From positions 186,001 to 250,000 of the forward strand of contig JAQGDQ010000228.1 in assembly GCA_030141605.1 (NCBI GenBank): a stretch of DNA of 64,000 nucleotides, written 5' to 3'. How positions within the stretch are numbered: the first letter of the stretch is position 1; each line of letters starts with the position of its first letter. The translations under genes were made by a program, and so were the position numbers. This document shows positions 1 through 11,707 of this stretch, piece after piece. The DNA comes from Tubiluchus corallicola. Lineage: Eukaryota > Animalia > Priapulida. Under the pieces are notes generated by a model. That model worked only from the letters and a program-made list of their open reading frames with translations. It did no database searches and was not told the DNA's origin.

Positions 1-884
1 TTCTTTCAGGAAAAGGGAAGTTTGGGTGCTGTTCTATGCTGGAAGCCTTTCTGGGGGGGGGGTAATAATTGTGTGTTTTTCACAAACTCGATTTTAAAGC
101 TCCACTTTGAACCGTTACAAAATGTTAGACATATGTAAGGTTGTAATCTCTCGTAAAAAGTGTTCGTCTTTCTGCTACTCAGACGCTTAAATGCCTGTCT
201 GGTCTGATCCTGCAGGTATGCAGGAATTGGCTTTTTACGCTGCGCGCGTGCTGCGACGCACGTGTAAAATTGCAGCATCTTCTTCATCTTGTAACAGCAG
301 CAGAGCTTCAGCCATTGAACAGGACGAATAAAGATGTACCTGGCGTAATGATGGGTAATTGCACGCTTCCTAATGACATCTAATTATCCCATCTACACCA
401 CTCCTTAGCGGCAGTAAATTATTATAGTAAATCAGCAATTTGTGAGGCAATAGGGAGCCGCTAGCAAATGATAACTTATTTTTGCACTTTACTTGTACAT
501 TTATAAATGTCGTATAGTATAGCAAAAGCATTTTGTATAATTAAGATCAACCCAAATTCCCATATCTAGACTAAAATTTGATGAAGTGCTATACAAAGAC
601 AAAGTGTTAAATTATAGGCCTACAGGTTTTTGATTAATGTGAATACAATTTAAGCATTTATTAATTATTGGTTAACCATTTTTAATGAGCCGCAAGATAA
701 TTATGCCAACTTTATTTTTCTACGTTATTTTTTAACTTTATTTTTATTTCTGCTTGTAGACATTTTGCTTTCAGCTATGAAAATACATCATGGTGCTAAA
801 AGTAAAACTAATTAAGTGAACATTTGTACACTAATACAATTTGAATTACCAACAAAACTAAAAAGAGATTAATTAATTATTTAC

Positions 885-1030
<146 letters not shown>

Positions 1031-1896
1031 TAATATATAATATATATATTAAAAGTACCTGAAGATTTCGTTCCAATAGCTAACGGTCAAAGTACCCACT
1101 GTTAGATCAGCTTTTTAAAGTACTGCATAATTATTTTGGTTTTAGACATATTTGGCTTTAAAATATCCTTCCTTAAAAACTTAGTTCAGGTAATAAAAAG
1201 CATGCAAAAAAATCTTGTAAAAAAGCAATAATCGCGACAAAACAGGTAGCCAATAAATTAAGAACTTACAGAGCTTTCAAAAAGCATTTCATTGGCAACT
1301 TTTCATTTGTCGAAAATCGTTTATGATTATGATTTGAAAAATGCGTTTCGTTATGCGGTGCCAGTATTATTTATGACAATTATAAGAGAGGAGCTGCATA
1401 ACTCAGTTTTAGCAATTATGCCCGGCATTTTCATAATGAGCGACAATGATAAGATTTAAACTTTTCTTGGGCAGTACGTAATACTTAGTAATCTGGAAGA
1501 TGTGACACTAATTATTGACTATTCTGGTAAAGCGAACCCACAACTGTGTAATGAAAAGATTAATTAAGTTATGGATTTTTGATAGAAGTGCTGTCGCTTT
1601 CCCAATACTACCACTTTACTAACACATTTAGATTCCTATCTTATACCAACAATATGTTTTTATGACCCGAACTACTGGTCGAGGGATTCGCTGGAGGCAA
1701 AGAAAATACGACACTTTTATGTTAAAAAAAGGTGCGGAGAAATTTAGACACTTTTGCACTAAGACTGGAAAGGAAAAAATCAAGATAAGTTTCCGTTGTA
1801 AGTATAGGAAATGTATTCACTTGGAGTGAAACCTGTATCAAGTAAAATGTGGAAATGTCGAGAGTTACTAAGCATCGGTAATATTTTGCTAATTCA

Positions 1897-2404
1897 CAGG
1901 GTCGGCTTTAGGTAGTTTGACCGCCTAGGCAAGAGTATTTTAGCGCTCCCTCCTCAACCGTCAACTCGTTCCCAGACGTTCCCACTACACCCCCAAAATT
2001 GAAAAATTATTGTATAATATTATAATGAAGTATGTACTTGGCTGTTAAGCGTATACATGTATTATAGTGTTGTAATTAAATGTAGTCAATTACCTGTCTA
2101 CAGCTTGTGTTGATTAATGTCTCAATAATATCTGAGTGAAATGACGTAATCTTGGAAAACCAGATGAAGCAAAAGCAGAAAGTGTTTTGCTGCAGGAAGA
2201 GACTTGCTAGCGTCCATGACTCGTACGTTTTTTGGCAAGAAAATAACTCATATAGTTCGTTTTATTTAGTTGATGTTGTGTACTTGAAGAATTGCACATA
2301 CATTATGTTATTACTTATGCTAAACTTCACAACAAAATAATTACTTCCAGAATTTGCCGCCCTAAGGCAACTGCCTAGTTTGCCTAATTGTAGAGCCAGC
2401 CCTT
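1897..2404. mobile_element. Non-autonomous hAT-like DNA transposon in the NK7 intron
   Basis: Ends CAGGGTCGGC...GCCAGCCCTT form imperfect TIRs; 8-bp flanks CTAATTCA/CTAATTCT match 7/8, and an 8-bp TSD is typical of hAT. Confidence 0.75.
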
Positions 2405-2484
2405 CTAATTCTCCACCTTACCGCATTTAATTTGGTGTTAGATTAAGTTTTGCTTTTTTGTACTTATAGTTTTGTTTTTTATAG

Positions 2485-2952
2485 GTCAAAATATGGTTTC
2501 AAAATCGACGCACAAAATGGAAAAAGCACGACAATATCTCAAACTCGGAAGCTGCAGCTTATAAAATAGGAGGAGAAAAACACGCAACAAAACATAACAA
2601 ACACAAAGACAAACACAAAGGCCCATCAGGAAATTCTACAGAGAGTCAAGGTGATAACTGCATAACCTCACAATCAAACGAAATAAAAGGTGAATCAACA
2701 CACTCAGACGGTCAGTTAGTACAGGACTGTACGGCTTCAATTATTACCACACAGTCAAGTAAAAATTCACCAAGTCTCACTGTTGTTGATGAACCAGAAT
2801 TTGGCAATACTTGTTTATCTACTGACTTCAATGAAGTCACGTCCAATGGTACTGATGCTGAAGACAGCAGCAGTCCTAGTCATCAAGTAGATGCATCCGT
2901 GCGAACTGTAATGGAGACAAACGAGTTAAAACATAGAAATCTGAGTCGTTAA
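2485..2952 (+). CDS. NK7: NK7-family homeobox gene, terminal coding exon (helix 3 plus C-terminus, 155 aa); upstream exons lie outside the window
   Basis: Acceptor TTTTGTTTTTTATAG|GTC. Translation [32 protein letters not shown]... stays open to TAA at 2950-2952. The flank KKxDNISNxEAA matches recalled NK7/NK7.1 proteins, and an intron before VKIWFQN is a classic homeobox intron site. The homeobox call is near certain; the family call is from memory. Confidence 0.82.
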   Translation, partial: VKIWFQNRRTKWKKHDNISNSEAAAYKIGGEKHATKHNKHKDKHKGPSGNSTESQGDNCITSQSNEIKGESTHSDGQLVQDCTASIITTQSSKNSPSLTVVDEPEFGNTCLSTDFNEVTSNGTDAEDSSSPSHQVDASVRTVMETNELKHRNLSR

Positions 2953-3237
2953 CAAAAACTGTTGCCTCGCCGAAGCCGCTAAATAGATACAAGCAGCCGG
3001 AACGGATTAGACACATTTTTCTGCTTTTCGAGTTGTTTTTGAGAGATTTTGGAGCTATTAACGCGCTGGTTTAATGTGTCACACGTGTATTCGTCTGCTG
3101 TGGTGTTGAGTGTTAGCTCTCTTCTTTACTCTCATGCAATCAGTCGTAGTATCATTATTAGCACTAAAGACACAAGCGAAATGTAAATAATTTGCTCTAA
3201 TAGTTTGTAACAGCTGGTGAAGTGTCTGTCGTTTATA

Positions 3238-3243
3238 AATAAA
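3238..3243 (+). promoter_or_regulatory. Candidate poly(A) signal of the NK7 gene
   Basis: AATAAA about 285 nt after the NK7 stop, followed by GT/T-rich sequence. Confidence 0.5.
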
Positions 3244-4049
3244 GTGTTTTAGTATGCACTGCTTAGTTTATTGGGAAAAATCAATAATTTGAGGTTCTAG
3301 CAGGTTTCCAGCGTTGTAATAAGCATTTTCACCGTTCTGGCGATTGGTGATGATCGTGAAAAGATCAAAGGTTAAGTGTATCAGACAACGCATTTGTGTA
3401 CGCTTGACAATACTTCCCAGCCCATCCTGTTGTAATAGTAACAGTTTTCACAGCTGGCTAGGACCTTACCTAGTTCACTTTTTCTTGTTTCCAAACAGGA
3501 TCCTGCTAGTAAATCACTCTACACACAGACTAATGGATAATTAAGTAAAGTTCATGTAAAACAACTGAAGTTACTGAACGGATGCGACAGACAGCATTGC
3601 TTTACACACATGTCATGTGACGGTTGTCGTTAAGGCGCATTGCTTTGGTACACTTAACCTTTGACCTGCTTGTTTGTGCACAACGAAATTGTGAAAAGGC
3701 TTATTGTATAGTTTGCAATTCAAAATAGCATAGCTGGACTGAATCCCTTGTATATATTACAAAACACATTTTTTTAATCGTAAAAGCTAAAAAATGCACA
3801 CACTCGATATATGCAATTGCTTTTGATCTTTTATACACAGTTCTGCTCATTGTAAGTCAGAATTTAGCAGTCCATGGCAGGACAGACTTAGTGTAGCTGT
3901 GGCAGGACCAGAATTTATCAATATTAACCATTTAAAGTAAGTTGCAGAACCTATAGATCACAGACGTCATAGTTACTTTCAAAAGTGTATAGGGCCTTCC
4001 TCAATGAGAGAAATAACTGCATAGCCTGTTAATATCTCTGACGTATCAA

Positions 4050-4145
4050 CCCAAGAAATTATTCTTAGTGGTCACCCATCCATTTACCGATTAGCATTTA
4101 CTGACAGTCAAGCTAAGCATTGCTTAATTGACCAATCGAGTATTC
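4050..4145 (-). mobile_element. Decayed 5S rRNA-related SINE fragment
   Basis: Minus strand reads TTAAGCAATGCTTAGCTTG...AATGGATGGGTGACCACTAAGAATA, resembling 5S box A/box C (GCTAAGCAGGG...TTGGATGGGAGACCGCCTGGGAATA); related to 24527-24575. Confidence 0.45.
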
Positions 4146-4982
4146 TCATTGCCATGTTAAACGATATACGCATTTTAGTTTGCTGCATAGCTAGAGCAGG
4201 GTTTTCATGAACCATTATGTACATTTTTAAAGACACAACAACTAAGTTCGGGGCTTCGGTCTCTTATAAAATGGGAATGCTAGGCTTTTAAAAAGAACAA
4301 GAAATATATTATATTAAGGAAAAATGGTATACGAAATGGCTTACTATGTTGATTAATCTATTTACAGATGATCAGGAATTTTACATATCTGATAACGTCT
4401 TGGGAATTTGTAATACATGTATCATTTCAAGTAAAGATGTAGCATAGTGCAAAATGGTGTTCGAATCATTTGTTAAGCACAATTGAACTTTTGTCTCAAA
4501 GATGAGTAGTGGATTCCAGCACGAGAAGATTATAAAAAACATTTGCACTGATCCCATGTGTTGCTTCGTATGTGTGGCATCGCGCATCAGTACATGTACC
4601 TTTCAAATGTTCAAGTAGCTTTTCAATTTCGGGACTTTCTATTTCAAGCAAATGTTTCAAGAAATTCTGACAGCCTTATTGTTTTATAACAGCGAGAGTG
4701 AATTTGTATCTATGTTCTTTAAATACCCTTGTTACTTAGTGTAATAGTTACTTTGAAGTGCCAGAACATGACCGATCGTACACACACGTGTACCTTGCAG
4801 GTGTAATTATTCTTTTGCTTCTGGTTATCCTTATTTGGCTGCCTGAATAAGGAATCAGGCGACTCGTAATTAACAGGTAACTACATTTAGCCTACCTTTG
4901 CGATGACTGGATCAATGAGTAGCCTGCTTATGTATATGTATAGATTGGAATTTGTAGCATCTGAGAAGGAGATATAGCGACG

Positions 4983-5143
<161 letters not shown>

Positions 5144-7314
5144 ATTTTTTATATAATTGAAAGAACTATTTCCAGAAACGAGGTTTGGCGCCTCTCAACT
5201 TTATTCCTGATTTTTTTAGGGTACAGTTGTGCGTTCTTTGCACTATTTATATTCGTTTGACACCATTTTTGTGCCTTCACGCGATTATTAACACTCGTAG
5301 TTTGTAGTAAACCATTATTTGCATGGGATTCTTCACGACGTGTTTCATTTTCCGATATGTTAAACATGTCATAGACTTAACAGTAAAAACAATAATGGTG
5401 ACAGAGGTGAACCTTGCAGACAGATTGACCAGGGAGACCAAATCATAATTTTTAAGCTGTATCGCTCCAATAATCTGGAAATAATGACCTTGAAATTTGT
5501 AGAACAATAGAAAAACCGTTTTTTTTCAAGAATCTGCCAATTAAATTCTGTATAAATCCTTTGAAACACTGGCACACTGATACACTGATTTCCAAACCAA
5601 CCAAAAGTTTTTAAACTGTTTCTGTTCAAGTTGGAAACAAATGTGATCAAGTACAACGTGCGGTATTAAACTCGTGTTTCTGTCTTTCTTCTTCATCACT
5701 AATATCATATCGTCACGAAATCACGAAATTGCTTTAAGCGTTTTTGGTAATTTACCGTAGTAAGAAGCAATGCTGACACACGGATAGTTATTAAAGGTTA
5801 GTGTAATCAGATTTGCACTGATTCGTTAGGAAATGCTGGCCTTAAATGTCTACCTGGCCAAATATTGGTTTTCTAGATAAATCTCAACTACATTCAAAAG
5901 GCTTAGTTTTAGTCCAAAATCCTTTATTGTTTATTATTAGTGACAAATGTGTGTATACCCTTACATTACGTTATCTTTTAAATTTCATTACCAACTGTAC
6001 CCCATTACAAAAGATTTTGTACGTTACTTCACTGTATCTTCACCGCATAGTTTAAAGCTCACCTTACAGTTCGAAACTTTTTGCACCATTCTAGATTTAC
6101 CTAGACTTAGTTTGCTTTTGAAGACTTACCTGCATTTTTTCTGAACTGGTTGTCTTGAACAACATTTAGATTTTTGTATATTTGGCAACCCATTTATGTA
6201 TCTTAATTCGTTTTGCGAAATGCCTCTTAACTACCCTTCCAGGTGCAGTTTGTTTTCATTATTCGGCACTCGCCTGTATTTTCCCGCCAAACAATAATTT
6301 TACCACTTATCTGCGTTAAATATATGGTTAATCAGATGGCTTGCTATATTTGTTAGTGTTTCACTGAGCAATGCTTTTTCACTCACAGTTACCACGATTT
6401 TTCGTAGTTCGTAGATCCATGCACCTACATTCCTAGAGTATATATATATTAACTAAATTATATATATATATTAACTTATATTCATTCTTAACTTGACTAT
6501 TTTGTTTCACGAAATCGCAATTTTAGAATACCCCACCATTACTACCAGTCTTTTATTCGTGCGCGTAATGAGCTGCTTTGTTTTTTCAGATATTTTAAAT
6601 TAACATATATAACTTCACCGAGGAACAACACAATACAATATGCAGTACAATGTACATGAAAATCACATATCACACAAAACATCCCAAAACTTGGGTATCA
6701 TCGTCACATTGAGGCAGTAAAAGAAGAAATAGAGGTTAAACAGTTTACAATATTTGCACATTTACAAAAATAATGTAACTACAATAATGTGCTATTGCTA
6801 TTAATTGAATATGATTTTGTGTGATTAAAATTTCATTTTTCTTCTTTCAAAACAGTCTGTAATATACTTCGAGACTAAATTTGCTAGTTTGCAATCAATC
6901 CAGTCATAAGAAATACATAAGCAAATTAATACCTTTTCGAAGACAAAGAAAAAATTCTGTGTTTTAATTACCATACTGGAGCTCAGTTTGTGTAGAACAG
7001 TTTTGCGAGGGGAATATCACCTGTCTATTAGCTTTTATTGATGCGTGTTAAATTATGATGGTCATCATCTGCGGAACTTTAATGTAATATTGTAACATGC
7101 AGTTTATGACTGTTTAATAGTTTGCTACAGAAGATAGTTGCTACGGTACATATAATTTGTGTAAATATTTGATATATACAAATTGCTTTCTAACTTCAGG
7201 AAGTTACGGAGCCATAATTGAAAGTAGTTTCTAGTAGTTTTTCGTAAATATGTTTCTGGACTCTCTGCACATTTTGTGTAGTGTAGATTCTTTAGATGTA
7301 TAGATTTATAGTTA

Positions 7315-7651
<337 letters not shown>

Positions 7652-10600
7652 GCAATAGCAGATGATTGTCGTTTGAGGTATCTGATTATCGCAGACTTTA
7701 TTCAAGGCAATATTTACTAGAGCACGTATGTTGTAGGAGTTTGTAAAAATTTAAAGCCAGACTGCGACTCTAATCTGACGCCATCTTTTTTGCAGTTGTA
7801 TACAATTATTTTCAGGCTTAGTCAGTTCTTTATAAACGAGAATGATTATCTATATCGCTTGTCACGTTTTATAAACTGAAGCAATTTAAAGAATCTGATT
7901 AAAGGTCAAATAGGCTTGGTAGATCTGGCCTACATTTTGCAGCCATAAAGATTTTTTGTTGTCGGTGGTTGTTATTGTGGGGTCTCCTTCCTAAACTGGG
8001 ACTTCCTAAACAAGAATTTCTTATTTTACTTATTAGTAAAATAATGTGCGAATAAACATAGATAATTTAATTGCCTACTTATTTTTCTGGTTTTGTGGAT
8101 TACAGACAGGAAACTTTAGTAAAAACATTTGTTATTTAAAATAAAAATATTTAGCGAGAAAAGTAATGATGGTAAGTTCAAATAGGCCTATTGTATGTCT
8201 TTGATACGTGTGGCACGTTTGCAGTTCTAGACATAAAAATATAAATTTTAGGCCTATATTCAATTCAATTCAATTCAATTTTTTTATTCCAGTAACTAAG
8301 ATCATATAAAATACAAATACAGTACTACAGAAAACATGAAGTTTTCGATATGCAGTACTGTTTTGTGCCTACTTTCTGTTCAACTTATTTAACTCTTGAT
8401 CGCGTTGTTTTGTGAAGTTGCTTGTGTACGTAGGTTATTTAATAAACTAAAAACGACGATATTATAAAGCTAAGCAAAAAATTGCCATTAAAGTTTATTT
8501 AAAATCGGATATTTAGACTCTGTGATGTTCACTACCAGTGTTCCCTGGACTTTGTTTTGCATTCGTGTATGATTGAATCGACTACGATATCATTTTGGAG
8601 CTTTATTCTTTATCCGTTGCTTGGTGCTGCCATCTGTCAGTAGTGCACTCAAATTATATTTACAGCTCTTGACTGAAGATGACGCTATTAACCTGGCGTT
8701 CACGGACTCTTGGTGATCGAAGGATTCGGCTTCAGAGGTCCGCGAAGGTCTGGTGAGTGTAACATTCCATACTCAAAATGGATTACTGGCTAGTAACAGG
8801 CTTGGCAATGACCACTAAGCTGACCACTTAAGTGCTTAACAAGTCCACGGATCATCCTGAGTAAGAAATGACTAATTAACTGAGAGCAATTTAACCGTTA
8901 AATTTCTTATTTGGTAGCAACATTTATTTTTGGCCGCAGAAAAATGATAGTTAATCAATGGGAAAGGTACAAACCTGAATTGGTGCCATATCGTTTTATG
9001 GGTTGTTCTAATTTTAACATTTTTTTTTATTTGGCCTGTCACCGATGATAACAATTTTTAATTGTGGCTTAATATTAGACGGTAATACTAGGCCTATTAG
9101 TTGGCCATTGTTTCGGACTGCGTCAGAAACTGGAGATTTTGCCTACTTTGCGTTCTGACATGGCTAGCAGAGGTCAAAGGTCAAAGTACTGGTGTTCTTT
9201 TTATAGTTCTCACTCAGTATATGTACTTCAAAAGTGTACAAGCGAGTTTTACTAAACTCTCAATATGGGAAGCCAGTAGTACGTTTAGTAATACTTGCTT
9301 GTACGCCTTCAAAGTATCAAAATTAAATAATATTTAGAGAAAAAGCCTTAACAATGACGTCAACCTAGGAAGTATGAATTGCACTTAGGTCAGTGGAATC
9401 TGAAATTCCTTACTTTGACCTTGAAATGACCACAAAGTTGTCTGAAGGTTGTAATGCCCTCAGTGAATTCCCCATGTTTAATGAAACATGTTACTTTTTA
9501 ACTTGAAATTAAAATAACGTTACCTTTTTACTTAAGGTGTCATTTTGCTTTTACTAAATTCGCCATATTCGAACATCTAGGAATTACACTTTAGGTCAAT
9601 GAAATGCATTATTCTATAAGTTGTCCTTGAAATGACCTTAAAAAATTTTGATTGCCTAGCAGTTCCATGTTGTTTCAGTGACATCAGAATTTGTCACTTA
9701 TTGACCAGTGGCCTTTCTGGATTTGGAACAATAGGTCCCTTCATGAGGACTGTGAATCATTTGAGTTTGATTTCACTTTATTTCGTTTCTAAACATGCTT
9801 GATAAATGGGTCCAGACTTTTGTAATCTTTTAAGTTTTGATTGTATGTTTTTTTGTTTAGTTTTCGTTATTATTAATCGCCAATTTGTTCTTACTCAGTC
9901 TTACAGATCGCTATAATTTTTTACATTATTCACTTTCAACTAGCAATCAGATATCCAGAGCTAAAGAGAAGCATTGAAATTGAACTGCTTTGATACATAG
10001 ATCGACACAGTTGCTCTCTCATTTGCCTGCAGTTACCGGCACGTGTAGTGTGATAAGTAACAAGTATCCTGTCCCTTACAATGCTAGAATAAGAGTGATT
10101 TCTCGATTGGTTTGTTTACACTTTACATCAAGGAATCGTTCCGAATGATTGTTAACAATCTGCAAAAAGAGCCCACAGCAATGAAATAATTGCAAAACAT
10201 GTTAGTATTGACATCTCATTCATATTGCCGATTCAATTATCCAGAAGCTTCATCTGAATATTTTATTGACAGTGACAGTGCAGTACGAGCTTATTGGGGC
10301 TCTGAAGGGCAATATAAAAATTTATCCATTGCCTGGCGTCGCTAATCGATGACAAGAGAAATAGTGCAAGTAATAAAACGTTCACTAATCGAATTGTGAG
10401 CGCAATTTTGCGTTATTGCTGCCGACATTATCGTTTATTGCACAAATATGTTCCGTCCAATTCGCAAGCAATTGTGCTTAATGGAGAAATTGTGCAGTAA
10501 ATTTCAGAGTATTATGAAACAAACCTTGTCCAATTGTGACAACGTTATATCTTACTAATAGCCGTGGAAATATAGTTATAACGCGACGCAATTCTCCTGG

Positions 10601-11427
10601 CTAAACGATTACGCGCGAAATGATATTATACTAAAGTGCTTTTTATCTGAGGTGTAAAAATGAACAAGCGTTTGCCAGTTTGCGAATATCGTTTTATTGG
10701 TTGGTTCTAGGAACGAACCTCATATTATTCGAAAAATAGGGACGTCAGTGCACTAGCAACTTTACTAGTAAAATAATAGTTGATGGATAAAATGGCACAT
10801 GTGTCATGGTCACCTATCTGTGATTAATAGCAGTTGGGAAAAAGACTGGTCAATCATTCCGGCTGATTAGTCGTTTGGATTTTTGACTAAGCTATTATTT
10901 AACTTGTTAGAACAACATTAAGACTCTGCTCCCGCTTATTAGATCAAGATGGTTGGTGGCATACGTGCCCCAATAAAATAGTTATTGAAATTTTGAGTTT
11001 TGAAACCTGAAATTTTGCTAACAGTACCAGAATTTGTAATCAGAATCAAAAGTGTCTCTTGACAGAGTTGTATTGTCACAATGGCACTAGCATATTAAGA
11101 ACTTTGTACATAACTTTTATGAATAGGCTACTAGACAATGCGATTGCTAAGAAAGGGAAAAATAAAAAAGGTAAAAGAAAAAAGGAAAAAAGAAGAAAAA
11201 GGAAGAGAAAGAGAACAAGACAAGGATATAAAAGATAGGACGGGAGTGAAGGACAAATGGCCTCGTAAAAATCATTTTATGTAGACAGAACTCACCCTAT
11301 ATTTGCGAAGCAACTATTGCAGGCACACGAGACGGGACAGGTGGCTAATTGATTGTTCGGCCAGTTTTTTCCCAGTTGATAACAAGTTATTTGTTCAAGA
11401 TGACAAAACCGAAAGAGGAACTAGAAA

Positions 11428-11707
11428 ATCATTAATTAATTATGACTATGATTGCCAGAATTTTTTTATAAATCATTGCGGTTTATTTTATCAATTATTA
11501 CCCATAATGAGTTAGAGACAGAAAGGAGACGCAGAAAATTTGTGGACGAGTCGGGATTTGAACCCGAGACATAAGATTAGTACTCGCCCACAATTTTTCA
11601 CCGTCTCGTTTCTCCAACCCCATTACCCGCAATGCGTAATAATTGGTAAAATAAACCGCAAGGGTTTGTAAAAATTCTGGCAACCACAGTCATAATTAAT
11701 TAATGAT
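11428..11707. mobile_element. Foldback/MITE-like palindromic element with a tRNA B-box-like core
   Basis: Arms ATCATTAATTAATTATGAC...TGTGGACGAGT and ACTCGCCCACA...GTCATAATTAATTAATGAT are imperfect reverse complements over about 120 bp; a second partial copy lies at 61682-61831. Confidence 0.75.

Noticed and set aside
6-287. 93-aa minus-strand ORF as an Lbx or other gene exon, or the + strand as the missing NK7 exon
   Set aside because: No eh1, homeodomain or other recognisable motif in the frames I examined.
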